From an uncultured Bacilli bacterium (GTDB lineage: Bacteria > Bacillota_I > Bacilli_A > RF39 > UBA660), in contig CANRCV010000002.1 of the NCBI GenBank assembly GCA_947629205.1, forward strand, positions 5,958 through 69,957: a DNA stretch of 64,000 nt. Reading direction: 5' to 3'. Each line of letters starts with the position of its first letter. The stretch's first letter is position 1. Below, one piece after another: positions 36,642 through 47,033 of this stretch. The notes below the pieces were generated by a model that ran no database searches, was not told where the DNA came from, and saw nothing but the letters and a program-made list of their open reading frames with translations. The translations under genes and the position numbers were made by a program.

Positions 36642-37322
36642 ATGAAAAAAATTTTTTATTTTATAACTTTATGTCTATTTGCTTTTGCACTTAGTGCTTG
36701 TGGAGTAGAAGAAAATAAAGATGCATTACGTTTTAAAGAAGAATATGAAAGTCTAAATGATACGATGAATGCTTCCAATTTAAAACATAGAAGTGTTACG
36801 ATTTCCAAAGATAATCCTTTTGTTTATCAAACTGCTCAAGAGATTGTAGAAAGAATAAAAAATCAAGAAACATTTTATGTTTATTTTGGTTCTAAATATT
36901 GTCCTTGGTGTCGTAGTGTTATTGAACAAGCTATTTCCTCTGCTAAAGAAAATCATATTGATACCATTTATTATGTAGAGGTATGGGGAAATGATCATGA
37001 AGAAATTTTAAGAGATACCTATACATTAAATAAAAAAGGAAAACCAGTCGTACAAACAGAAGGAAAAGAAGGGTATCAAGAATTACTTACCTATTTTGAT
37101 AATGTATTAAGTGAGTATACTTTAACAGATAAAAACAAAAAAACAGTTTCGACTGGAGAAAAAAGAATTTATTTACCAAATTTTATATATGTAGAAAATG
37201 GAAAATCAATTGACCTGGTAGAAGGCCAATCAAAGAAACAAAAAGATTCTCGTGAAGAATTAACAGATGAAATGATACAAGAGGAAAAAGCCATTTTTGA
37301 TGCCTTTTTTCATCGCAATTAA
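36642..37322 (+). CDS. thioredoxin-fold lipoprotein
   Basis: Lipobox LSAC after the signal peptide; YCPWC redox motif; the upstream ATG lies inside the TATAAT -10. Confidence 0.6.
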   Translation: MKKIFYFITLCLFAFALSACGVEENKDALRFKEEYESLNDTMNASNLKHRSVTISKDNPFVYQTAQEIVERIKNQETFYVYFGSKYCPWCRSVIEQAISSAKENHIDTIYYVEVWGNDHEEILRDTYTLNKKGKPVVQTEGKEGYQELLTYFDNVLSEYTLTDKNKKTVSTGEKRIYLPNFIYVENGKSIDLVEGQSKKQKDSREELTDEMIQEEKAIFDAFFHRN

Positions 37323-37347
37323 ATAAGTAGTAATAGAGGTGGGTCCT

Positions 37348-40300
37348 ATGGGAAAAGAAAGAATTTTAAAAATCATTAGTATGAGTATAACCCTATTTTT
37401 AATAGGGTTTTTATGGCCTTTACAAGCCATTGGGGAAGAAACAATCCCTTATATCAGTAGTAAAAATGCTCCGGTTTTTTATGGAACAAGTGAAATTACT
37501 GTTCCAATAGGAACAGAAATTGATATAGAACATGATGCTCGTTTTCGTCTTTTTGCTAGAGATAATGAAGATGAAGATTTAACACAAGATATTCAAATTA
37601 CCAAAAATACAATTGACTATGAAGAAGATTCTAAAAAAGCCAAAAAAGGAGAATATGAAATTGACTATCAAGTAACGGATAGTGATAACAATACAACAAC
37701 CATGCAAGTTTTGGTACATGTTACAGATACACAAGAAATAAAACTGGAAAAAACCATGTATACGCTACCTTCTGTAGAACATTTAAATACATTAGGTTAT
37801 ACGAGAGGAAATAATCATGATCGTCAAATTATGGGAGTCTTTTTAGATGTTGATGGTGCAGTTGAAATGCGTAAAACAAGTGGTAGTAGTAATGTTTCCT
37901 TAACGGTAACGCTTCATAATAATGATGATCGTTTTGAAAATACTATTAAAGTTGAAAACGTCTATGATAAAAATGGTGATGAGGGTTGGACAACAATTCA
38001 AAATCCCCTTAAAATGGAATCTTTAAGTACATATAATGAAAAAGAAAATAAATCTTTAAGTGAAGAAGAATTTAAAAAACGTTTTGTTTCTACACCAACC
38101 GTAAAAACTTTATTTCAAAATAACGAAAAAGAAAAAGTAGTTTATGAAATTAAATGGAGTGCAAGTGATGCGAAAGTAAAACCTCTTCATTACTATCATC
38201 AAAACGATGGAGAAGCGTATCAAACGCAATTTTTTAAAGAATGGAGAGAAGATACCGATAGTTATGCCATTATAGATGGTTGGTCCGCTATGGCTTTAGT
38301 TCCTTATTTAGATAATCATCGTTTAATTGCTAGTGATGTAGAAAATAACGCATCTAACCATCATTTATTTAATACTTTAGATGAATGGTGTGCATTTTGG
38401 GATACTTTAACTAAAGAGTATGATGAATTAATTGGTTTATCTTATACACCAAATGAAGAATGGAATCAAAATGTAAAGACTAAATTTTATATTCGTGCTA
38501 ATGATAATGGACCAGGTTCTGCTTATTATGCTTATCTTGATTGTATTGGTAGAAATGATATGTCTGTTTACTCTTTATTTGGTATTTGGTGGGGAAATTT
38601 ACATGAAGCTGGACATGGATACCAAGGTAATGTTGGAGCTAGTGGTTATGGACTTCCTATCACTGAGGTAGCTGTTAATATCTTTAGTTACTATATTCAA
38701 ACCCATCATTGGGATGATATTTATAAATTTGGATCAAAAGATGAATGGTTAAGTAAAGCCAAAAAAGAAGAAGAATACAATACCAGTAGAAAAGAACATT
38801 TAGGTTACCAAGACAATGGGAATGGTAATATTGGAGCAGCAGCTATGTTGTATTCTCTTGTAAATATATTAGATTACTTTAATGATGGAGAAAAGGATGG
38901 CTATAAAGAAGCCTATGCCGCTATTAACCAATATTATCGTCAAGTTTATTTTGAAACCAATAAAAAAATAAATACACAAGATGCTTGGGTTCTTGCTTTA
39001 GAAGAGAAATATCATGTTAATTTAGTTCCTTATTTTGAATCATGGGGTGTTAAAATTTCTCAAGATGTAAAAGATACAGTAATGCAAAGTGATGCTAAAG
39101 TCATTTATTATATGGCAGATATGATTCAAGATGATGAAAAAGAACAAAAAATTAAAACAGAGTTAAACAATATTGGAACTTATGACTTAGCAAGTACAGA
39201 AGAATTAGCTTCTATGCAATTAACAGGAAATGTAACTTTAAACTTTCATATTGATGATTTTGATGCTATAAAAGGAAAAACCGTATATATTTATGATGGA
39301 GATAAAATGGTAAAACAATTGGAAATTACAAGTCCAACCATTACTAGTACTTTACCAGTAGGAACGTATAAAGTAGCTTTACCAAAAACACAAGAAGCCT
39401 TAAATTTTGAACATTTTTATCTAACGGTTGTTTATAATCAAAATACGGAAAAAGAGATTTATTATACAAAAATAGATGATTTTGGAGAAGGTTTTCATAC
39501 TACCATTCAAACACGTGGATATCATGGTGAAAACTATCTTCCATTCGTTATTACTTTAGATGGGAGAAATATAAATATTGCTTATAGAGGAACTTGGATT
39601 AAGAATAATGGAGTTTCAGCCGATCAAGTTTTTTCTACTATTTCTATTTATAATACTTTAGGAGAACAAGTTTATACCAAAAGTGTCAATGGAGGAGGAC
39701 AATCTACTTGGATTAATGTAGGAAATGCAACGGAAACGACAAAAGTTGATTTAGGATATAAATTAAAAATTATGTATAAAGGAGATAAAAATGATTTTTC
39801 CTTTATCAATGGTTTAACAAATAAAAAAGAAAATTGGTCTTCTTATTTTGATGATAAGAATGAAATTGTTTTTGATGTAACTAAATATGGTTTAGTTCCT
39901 GAACAACTTGCTAGTCATGAAGAAGAATTAGAAACTGTGTATAAAACTTCTTTAGATCAATATATTCTTAATTTCTTAGAAGAACATCAAAATGATGATT
40001 TATTAAACCTATTTGCTAATCCAAGTAATTACAATCATATAAGTAGTTTAATTCATAAACTATCTGTACAAAATCAAGATGAATATCAAAATATATTAAA
40101 AGAATTATCAACAGGAGATTTCCCTATCGTTTCATTACCAAAAAATGAATATACTTTTGTAGAAAATGAAATGAATTTAGAAGAATTTAAAAAAGAAATT
40201 ACGATTAGGGATACTGAAGATGGTCTAATTTCTATCAATAGTAATAAGGTTCAATTAAATTCGAATGTTGATTGGAATCATGCGGGAACGTATAGTATAA

Positions 40301-40701
40301 ATATTATTGTAACAGATCAACATCAAAATGTAGTTACAAAAACAGTTAAAATTACGATTACGAAAAAAGAAATACTACCTACACCAACTGAGAATAAAGA
40401 AGAAAGAAATACAACAGAAACGAATAAAAATACATCTTTATCTGTTTCCACAAATCAAGTTGTAACAAAAAATTCTACAGCAGCAAAAGAAGAAATAAAT
40501 GAAACAGAGAAGCAAGAAAATACTCAAAAACAAGAAGAAACAAACGAACAAAAAGAAAATCAAACTCTTTTAGAAGAAAATCAAAATACGACGAATCAAA
40601 AGAAAAAGAATTTGGGGATTATTATTGTAGCTTTAGCAATATTAGGTATCATCTTGTTCATTTCTATCAAACATAAAAAAGCTGGAAAAGAGGTACTTTA
40701 G
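37348..40701 (+). CDS. M60-like (enhancin-type) metallopeptidase, surface protein with C-terminal TM anchor
   Basis: WWGNLHEAGHGYQG zinc motif; signal peptide; Ig-like modules; N/E/K/T-rich stalk + TM. Confidence 0.7.
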   Translation: MGKERILKIISMSITLFLIGFLWPLQAIGEETIPYISSKNAPVFYGTSEITVPIGTEIDIEHDARFRLFARDNEDEDLTQDIQITKNTIDYEEDSKKAKKGEYEIDYQVTDSDNNTTTMQVLVHVTDTQEIKLEKTMYTLPSVEHLNTLGYTRGNNHDRQIMGVFLDVDGAVEMRKTSGSSNVSLTVTLHNNDDRFENTIKVENVYDKNGDEGWTTIQNPLKMESLSTYNEKENKSLSEEEFKKRFVSTPTVKTLFQNNEKEKVVYEIKWSASDAKVKPLHYYHQNDGEAYQTQFFKEWREDTDSYAIIDGWSAMALVPYLDNHRLIASDVENNASNHHLFNTLDEWCAFWDTLTKEYDELIGLSYTPNEEWNQNVKTKFYIRANDNGPGSAYYAYLDCIGRNDMSVYSLFGIWWGNLHEAGHGYQGNVGASGYGLPITEVAVNIFSYYIQTHHWDDIYKFGSKDEWLSKAKKEEEYNTSRKEHLGYQDNGNGNIGAAAMLYSLVNILDYFNDGEKDGYKEAYAAINQYYRQVYFETNKKINTQDAWVLALEEKYHVNLVPYFESWGVKISQDVKDTVMQSDAKVIYYMADMIQDDEKEQKIKTELNNIGTYDLASTEELASMQLTGNVTLNFHIDDFDAIKGKTVYIYDGDKMVKQLEITSPTITSTLPVGTYKVALPKTQEALNFEHFYLTVVYNQNTEKEIYYTKIDDFGEGFHTTIQTRGYHGENYLPFVITLDGRNINIAYRGTWIKNNGVSADQVFSTISIYNTLGEQVYTKSVNGGGQSTWINVGNATETTKVDLGYKLKIMYKGDKNDFSFINGLTNKKENWSSYFDDKNEIVFDVTKYGLVPEQLASHEEELETVYKTSLDQYILNFLEEHQNDDLLNLFANPSNYNHISSLIHKLSVQNQDEYQNILKELSTGDFPIVSLPKNEYTFVENEMNLEEFKKEITIRDTEDGLISINSNKVQLNSNVDWNHAGTYSINIIVTDQHQNVVTKTVKITITKKEILPTPTENKEERNTTETNKNTSLSVSTNQVVTKNSTAAKEEINETEKQENTQKQEETNEQKENQTLLEENQNTTNQKKKNLGIIIVALAILGIILFISIKHKKAGKEVL

Positions 40702-41925
40702 TTGAAAGGTAAAAAACGTATTAAATGGATTCTATTTGGTTTACTACTTGTTCTTCTCTTATTTATAATTGGGTATTTTATTCAAGATTATCGTATTCGT
40801 CATGCAAAAATTGAGGTCACATTAGTAGATGATTTAACTCTTAATTTTTTAGAAAAGAAAAAAATAAGTGATTACATTATAAGTATCAATGGAACTATTT
40901 TAAATGATGAAGAAATTGATTCTTCCTCTATTGGTAAAAAACAAATTCATGTCCTATTTAAAAATGAGGATAAAATCAAAGTATCTTATGATTTTGAAAT
41001 TGAGGTAGTGGATCGAGTAGCTCCTATTGTATGGTTAAGTGGTTCTTATACCATTATGAAAAATCAAGATATTGATTTAACAAGTAAAATTTTATGTGGA
41101 GATAATGAAGATGATCATCCTAATTGTTCTATTGTAGGAGAATACGATACTAAAGTAGCAGGTGTCTATCCTTTAGTATTTAAAGCTGTTGATCGAAGTG
41201 GCAATGAAACAAATGAAAAATTTAATTTATATGTAAAAGAACCAAATAAAAAAACGCAAACAAAACCTACAACTCCATCAACACCAAGTTATGTTCCTTT
41301 TCATGAGGTACAAGAAAAATATAAAACTGAAAATACAAAGATTGGTATTGATGTATCGAGTTGGCAAGGAGATATCGATTTTGAAGCTTTAAAAAATGCT
41401 GGTGTTGAATTTATGATGATTCGAGTAGGAGGAACAAGAGGTAGAGATAAAGAATACTTTGTAGATGATTATTTTGTAAATAATATTACCAAAGCAAATG
41501 AATATGGAATCGATGTAGGAATTTATTATTACTCTTATGCAAGTAGTATTGAAAAAGCCAAAGAAGAAGCCTTATGGGTTATTGATCAAATAAAAGGATA
41601 TAAAGTAACTTTACCAATTGCATATGATTGGGAAAATTGGAGCTCTTATAATGATTATCATTTAAGTTTCTTTGGACTTACCTCTATGGCAGAAACTTTC
41701 TTAGATACCATTCATAGTGCTGGATATGAAGGGTTACTTTATAGTAGTAAAAATTATTTAGAAAAATTATGGATGCCTTCTAAATACGAAACTTGGCTTG
41801 CTCATTATGTTAATAAAACCAATTATCAAGGTAGTTATAGAATGTGGCAACATTGTAGTGATGGAAGAGTCGATGGTATAAAAGGCGATGTAGATATCGA
41901 TATTTTATATTTAAATCAAGAATAA
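40702..41925 (+). CDS. GH25 muramidase (lysozyme) with N-terminal TM anchor and Ig-like module
   Basis: GIDVSSWQGDIDF, MIRVG, TTG start after AGAGG. Confidence 0.8.
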   Translation: MKGKKRIKWILFGLLLVLLLFIIGYFIQDYRIRHAKIEVTLVDDLTLNFLEKKKISDYIISINGTILNDEEIDSSSIGKKQIHVLFKNEDKIKVSYDFEIEVVDRVAPIVWLSGSYTIMKNQDIDLTSKILCGDNEDDHPNCSIVGEYDTKVAGVYPLVFKAVDRSGNETNEKFNLYVKEPNKKTQTKPTTPSTPSYVPFHEVQEKYKTENTKIGIDVSSWQGDIDFEALKNAGVEFMMIRVGGTRGRDKEYFVDDYFVNNITKANEYGIDVGIYYYSYASSIEKAKEEALWVIDQIKGYKVTLPIAYDWENWSSYNDYHLSFFGLTSMAETFLDTIHSAGYEGLLYSSKNYLEKLWMPSKYETWLAHYVNKTNYQGSYRMWQHCSDGRVDGIKGDVDIDILYLNQE

Positions 41926-41933
41926 ATTTTAAA

Positions 41934-41967
41934 AATCAACTTTCTGTAAGAAATAGTTGATTTTTTT
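41934..41967 (+). terminator. intrinsic terminator
   Basis: aatcaact…agttgatt stem + T7. Confidence 0.75.
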
Positions 41968-41993
41968 AGTTATGTATACTATTATTTTAGTAG

Positions 41994-42067
41994 GCCGATT
42001 TAGTACAGTGGTAGTACAGATGCATGGTAAGCATCAAAGGGCAGTTCAATTCTGCCAATCGGCACCA
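41994..42067 (+). tRNA. tRNA-Thr (anticodon GGT)
   Basis: Hand-folded cloverleaf: acceptor GCCGATT/AATCGGC, D stem GTAC/GTAC, anticodon stem GATGC/GCATC with loop ATGGTAA, T arm GGCAG-TTCAATT-CTGCC, encoded CCA. Confidence 0.85.
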
Positions 42068-42184
42068 GATTGATACTAAACTCGGACTTTTCAATCAATT
42101 TGATTAGTTCGAGAAATTAAAAAATAAATAAAAACACACTTACAAATAGGTGTGTTTTTAAGTACAATAAACTAATCAATCAAA

Positions 42185-42859
42185 TTATTTCATAAAATGA
42201 TGATGTTTATTTTTTAAAGTACGAGTCGAAATTTCTTCTTTATTTTCTTCTGTAGTTAGTACTTTATCTAACTTTTTACCATGTCTAAAGTTTTGAAAAT
42301 CTTTTAAATGTTCTCGAACAAGTGGAATGATACTTAAAGGTAGTCCAATATAAAAATCTATTTTTTGTTGTTTAATATCTGTAATTTTATAATGACTTTT
42401 TAATTTGGTATCATCTAATATAATGATATTTTCTGTTGTTAGTTTTTCTTGAGCAAATTGTATAAATTCTTTTCTTTTGATAAATGACCAGTAAATGGTT
42501 ACAATTTCTTCATTGTCTTCCATATTATCAACATAAAGTACTGGTTCTCCTAGTTTATGTTTTAAAACAGAATAGAAAAAACTTAAAACAGCTAGTTTAT
42601 CCCCTTTACATCTATGCATTTCTGCTGATCCAATTTGTAACTTAAAATAAGCAGGTGTTAAGGTATAACTAAATGGGATTTTATAGCCCTCTAAATGTTT
42701 TAATACTTGATGTGGTACTTTATGATAGTAAAAGAAATACCCTTTTGCATCAGCATCCATTGATCTTGGATCATAATGAATACGAATATTAAATACATTA
42801 TCTATTAATTTTTTTAATTCTTGTTTTAACTCTGGATAATATTCAATTTCCTTTTCCAT
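42185..42859 (-). CDS. hypothetical protein (224 aa)
   Basis: ORF with RBS GGGGGAGAA; no family recognised. Confidence 0.5.
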   Translation of the reverse strand: MEKEIEYYPELKQELKKLIDNVFNIRIHYDPRSMDADAKGYFFYYHKVPHQVLKHLEGYKIPFSYTLTPAYFKLQIGSAEMHRCKGDKLAVLSFFYSVLKHKLGEPVLYVDNMEDNEEIVTIYWSFIKRKEFIQFAQEKLTTENIIILDDTKLKSHYKITDIKQQKIDFYIGLPLSIIPLVREHLKDFQNFRHGKKLDKVLTTEENKEEISTRTLKNKHHHFMK

Positions 42860-42992
42860 ATTTTCTCCCCCTTTAAAACTAGTAAAAGTATAGCATATTG
42901 TTAAGAAAATGTCAAATTTTATATCTTTGACGTTAATTATAACTACATATTTTTCTTACTTTTAAGCCAAAATAATAGTAAAAGATGATGGT

Positions 42993-44429
42993 ATGTATTT
43001 TTGGGAAAAGCAGTTAGATAAAGAACTTTTGCCAAGTTTGCAACAAGATATATTTGTAGATACTTTAATTATTGGAGGAGGCCTTACTGGTTTAACTACT
43101 CTTTATTATTTACGTCAAGAAAAGAGTATATGTTTAGTAGAAGCTCGTCAAGTTGGCAGTGGTATTACATTAAAAACAACAGGAAAATTAACTTATTTAC
43201 AAAATACCATTTATAGTGATTTAGAAAAAAATATAGATTATACAACAGCACAAAACTATTTACAATCTCAAAGACTTGCTCTTAGTCTTATAAAAGAAAT
43301 CATAGAAAAAGAAAATATTTCTTGTCATTTAGAAAAAGTTCATTCTTATGTATTTACTAATTCTTTAAAAGAAATAAAAAAACTAAAAGCTGAAAAAACT
43401 TTTTTAGAACAAAATAATGTATTAGTAGAAGAAAATACATTTCCTTTAGATATAGAGTATAAAGAATCGATTGGAGTAGAGGATACATATGTTTTTCATC
43501 CCATTGAATTTATTAATCATTTGAAAAAAATAAACAAGAATAAAATTTATGAACAAACAAAAATCATCAAGATAAAACGAAAAAAAGGGATGTATATTTG
43601 TAAAACCGATAAAGGTTTTATAATTAAAGCCAGAAAAGTAATTTTAGCTTGTCATTATCCTTTTTTCTTATTTCCTTTTTTTCTACCTTTAAAATCACAT
43701 ATCGAAAAATCATATTTAATGGTATCTAAAGTTTTAAAAAATCCTAAACTTTCTTGTATTACTGTATCAAATCCTGGATTGTCTATACGGTACTATGAAG
43801 ATAAAACAGGAATTTATGAAATTTGTGTAGGAGGTTCACAAAAAACGAGTGATATACAAAACGAAGAACAGAATTTTAAAGATTTAGAACAACAATTTTC
43901 TTCTAAAAAAAGAATTGTTTGTGAATGGAGTAATCAAGATCTTATTACAAACGATTATCTTCCCTTTATAGGACAAGTGAAAAAAAATATGTATTTAGCA
44001 ACTGGTTATAATACATGGGGAATGACGAATTCTATACTTGCTGCTTATTTAATGAGTAAAAAAATAAAAGAGGGTAAAATGCCTTATGAAGATTTATTTT
44101 CTTTATATCGATGTAATTACTATCAATTAAAAAATAGTTTTAAAACCATTTTTTTCAATCTAAAAGCCTTTTTAAAAAGTAAAAAAATAAACAAAGAATG
44201 GTATCCTTCCACTTTAGTTTTTTCCAAAGATAAAAAAGTAGCTTTCTATAAAGATCAGGAGGGAAATACGCATTCTGTTTATACGACATGTCCTCATTTA
44301 GGATGTAGTCTTTTATTTAATGAAAAAGAAAAAACATGGGATTGTCCTTGTCATAGTTCTCGATTTACACGAGATGGTAAATGGATGGAAGGACCTAGTA
44401 AAAAAGATATCACTTATAAAGTTAAATGA
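42993..44429 (+). CDS. FAD-dependent oxidoreductase with C-terminal Rieske [2Fe-2S] domain
   Basis: IIGGGLTGL dinucleotide motif; CPHLGC…CPCHSSRF Rieske motif. Confidence 0.75.
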   Translation: MYFWEKQLDKELLPSLQQDIFVDTLIIGGGLTGLTTLYYLRQEKSICLVEARQVGSGITLKTTGKLTYLQNTIYSDLEKNIDYTTAQNYLQSQRLALSLIKEIIEKENISCHLEKVHSYVFTNSLKEIKKLKAEKTFLEQNNVLVEENTFPLDIEYKESIGVEDTYVFHPIEFINHLKKINKNKIYEQTKIIKIKRKKGMYICKTDKGFIIKARKVILACHYPFFLFPFFLPLKSHIEKSYLMVSKVLKNPKLSCITVSNPGLSIRYYEDKTGIYEICVGGSQKTSDIQNEEQNFKDLEQQFSSKKRIVCEWSNQDLITNDYLPFIGQVKKNMYLATGYNTWGMTNSILAAYLMSKKIKEGKMPYEDLFSLYRCNYYQLKNSFKTIFFNLKAFLKSKKINKEWYPSTLVFSKDKKVAFYKDQEGNTHSVYTTCPHLGCSLLFNEKEKTWDCPCHSSRFTRDGKWMEGPSKKDITYKVK

Positions 44430-45487
44430 TGCTTTATAATTTCTTGTTCTAATTCTTTAGAATATTCTGCTTTATCTAATACTTGTTTTAAAAAATCATC
44501 CTGTTCAAAGGTATAAAAGGCTTTTTCTAAGTCTTGTTCTGCTAACTTTTTATAATGTAAAAATAGTAAATAAGAATAACAATAAGATGCTAAAACTTGA
44601 GGATTTAGATTTAAACTTTCATCGAGTATCGCTTCATTGATAAAAAAAGAATAATTTTTTTGGTTGATATGTTTAACTAAATCTTCTATTTCAATTTTCT
44701 TTTTCTTTTGATAAAGGGAAATACTGATATTTTGATAGTATAGGATTATAAAATTATTTAAAGCATTTAAAGTAAATTGTTGTTCAGCTATTTCTAATAG
44801 GGAAGAATCAATTCCTTTTTGTTCTTTTAAAAAGAGAGTGGTTAAATATTCATAAAAATATCCCACTAATTCATTTGTATAAGGAAAACGAAAATTTATA
44901 CCATAAATACCATGAGCTAGTTCATGATTTAGACTATATACATCTTCTAAATTTTTCTTTCTTTCTACATAAAAGTAAGCTTGGTGATAAGGAAAAGGAA
45001 AAATAAAAGTACATCCCATAATAGGATTAAAAGTAATTTTTGAAAATTTTAAAAAATGATTTTCTGGTTTTAAATAGTAATCAACTAAAGGTAAATAACT
45101 TTTATTTGGTAACCAAGCAAAAAAATCATGTGTCATTTTGATTAACTGTTTTATAGTAAGAGAAAAATAAGAAAGTTCTTCATATTCTTTCATAGGATCA
45201 AAATCTTTAAGAATAGGTATGGTCTCTAATAGTAAAGAACGGATATTTTTAGGAATTTGAAAATAACTTTTTAAAGTACTTCTTTGTAAAAAGTGATTTC
45301 TATCTACATACAACTCTGGTTTTACAAATGTCATTTTAAATGGATTCATTAAACTTTCCATGTCTTTTGTTGATTGTAAACCTTGATTTATTTTTTGTTT
45401 TTCTTCATATTCATGAAATTGTCTTCTTAATTTTTTATAATATTGTTTTAAAAAAGCAATTTGTTCTATATCCCAATCATATTTCAT
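44414..45487 (-). CDS. putative HEXXH metallopeptidase
   Basis: NHELAHGIYG motif; otherwise unassigned. Confidence 0.45.
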   Translation of the reverse strand: MKYDWDIEQIAFLKQYYKKLRRQFHEYEEKQKINQGLQSTKDMESLMNPFKMTFVKPELYVDRNHFLQRSTLKSYFQIPKNIRSLLLETIPILKDFDPMKEYEELSYFSLTIKQLIKMTHDFFAWLPNKSYLPLVDYYLKPENHFLKFSKITFNPIMGCTFIFPFPYHQAYFYVERKKNLEDVYSLNHELAHGIYGINFRFPYTNELVGYFYEYLTTLFLKEQKGIDSSLLEIAEQQFTLNALNNFIILYYQNISISLYQKKKKIEIEDLVKHINQKNYSFFINEAILDESLNLNPQVLASYCYSYLLFLHYKKLAEQDLEKAFYTFEQDDFLKQVLDKAEYSKELEQEIIKHHLTL

Positions 45488-45574
45488 AATTAATCTTTCC
45501 TTTGTTAAAAATGTATTATACAGAAAGATAAGAAAAATAGCAAATAGTGTGCTATACTTTTAGTAGGTGATTTT

Positions 45575-46438
45575 ATGCTTTTAAGTACGAAATGGAAAGA
45601 TTATGAATGTTTAGATGCAGGAGGAAAAGAAAAATTGGAACGTTTTGGTTCTTATATTTTTAGAAGACCAGAACCTCAAGCTATTTGGAATAAATTCGAA
45701 GATGAAAAATGGCAAAAAGTAGATGGGTACTATCAAAGAAGCAGTGAAGGAGGAGGACATTGGGATTTTTATACGTCTTTACCACCTTTCTGGACGATTT
45801 CTTATGAACATTTAACGTTTAAAGTCTGTCCTACCAATTTTAAACATACAGGTATTTTTCCTGAACAAGCTGCCAATTGGGATTTTATAATGGATAAAAT
45901 AGAACATGCCAATAGAGAAATCAAAGTACTGAATTTATTTGCTTATACTGGATGTGCATCCATGGCTGCAGCCAGTCGTCATGCTAAAGTGGTTCAAGTG
46001 GATGCTTCCCGTGGTATGACTGAATGGGCTAAAGACAATATGAAATTATCTCATTTAGAGAAGGAAGAAATCCATTTTATTGTCGATGATTGTATTAAGT
46101 TTGTTGAAAGAGAAATAAGGCGTGGAAATACATATGATGCTATTATAATGGATCCACCAAGTTACGGAAGAGGACCAAATAAAGAGGTTTGGAAATTTGA
46201 AAATAGTTTATATCATTTAATTGATTTATGTATGAAACTTTTATCCAACAAGCCATTATTTTTCTTAATTAATTCCTATACAACGGGTATTTCTTCTATC
46301 GTGTTAGAAAATATTTTAAAAACAACAATTTTAAAAAAATATCCACATGGTCATATTTGTGCAGGGGAAATAGGACTACCGATTACCAAAGATCATTTAA
46401 TACTCCCTTGTGGAATTTATGGAAGATGGGAAGAATAA
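45575..46438 (+). CDS. class I SAM-dependent methyltransferase (RlmI/Methyltrans_SAM-like)
   Basis: VLNLFAYTGCAS…DASRGM…IIMDPPSYGRG. Confidence 0.65.
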   Translation: MLLSTKWKDYECLDAGGKEKLERFGSYIFRRPEPQAIWNKFEDEKWQKVDGYYQRSSEGGGHWDFYTSLPPFWTISYEHLTFKVCPTNFKHTGIFPEQAANWDFIMDKIEHANREIKVLNLFAYTGCASMAAASRHAKVVQVDASRGMTEWAKDNMKLSHLEKEEIHFIVDDCIKFVEREIRRGNTYDAIIMDPPSYGRGPNKEVWKFENSLYHLIDLCMKLLSNKPLFFLINSYTTGISSIVLENILKTTILKKYPHGHICAGEIGLPITKDHLILPCGIYGRWEE

Positions 46439-46475
46439 AAAAGGGGAAAAAGACATACAATTACTAGGTGATACA

Positions 46476-46964
46476 ATGTCTTATGAAGCAAATCTACTTT
46501 ATCCAGAAATTAAAGTAGAAAAAAAAGATTTAAAGCTAGCAAAAGAGTTATTAGCTTCTTATGCTGGAGAGATTAGTGAAGAAACCGCTGTTCATAATTA
46601 TATATTTCAAATGATGCTTCAATCAAATAAAAAAATAAAAGAAACATTAAAACAAATTGCTATTGTCGAGATGCATCATATTGCTATTTTAGGACAACTG
46701 ATTTTTAAGTTGGGAGTTGTTCCCTATTTTTTAAGTATTAATCATAAAAAAATAGAATGGTTTAGTGGTCACTTTATCAATTATGAAAGAGATTGGAGTG
46801 CTGTAATTAACCAAGATATAAAAGAAGAAATAGAAGCTATTCAAAATTATGAAAAAATAATTCTTCATACGAAGGATCCAAATATAAAAGCCATTTTAAA
46901 ACGGATTATTTTAGATGAAGAAATCCATATTCAACTCTTAAAACAACTAAAAGAAGAAAAATAA
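46476..46964 (+). CDS. ferritin-like / manganese-catalase family (CotJC-like) protein
   Basis: Start at MSYEANLLYPEIKV after the AGGTGA RBS; EMHHIAILG and EEIHIQLL di-metal helices. Confidence 0.5.
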   Translation: MSYEANLLYPEIKVEKKDLKLAKELLASYAGEISEETAVHNYIFQMMLQSNKKIKETLKQIAIVEMHHIAILGQLIFKLGVVPYFLSINHKKIEWFSGHFINYERDWSAVINQDIKEEIEAIQNYEKIILHTKDPNIKAILKRIILDEEIHIQLLKQLKEEK

Positions 46965-47033
46965 AGTACTTTTCTTTTCCTAAATAGAAAAACTCGTGAT
47001 ATAATATCTTTAAGATAGATAGAAGGGGATACA

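Noticed and set aside
42068-42992. Genomic island integrated at the tRNA-Thr 3' end
   Set aside because: I saw no integrase and no direct repeat of the tRNA 3' end downstream; only one hypothetical gene follows.
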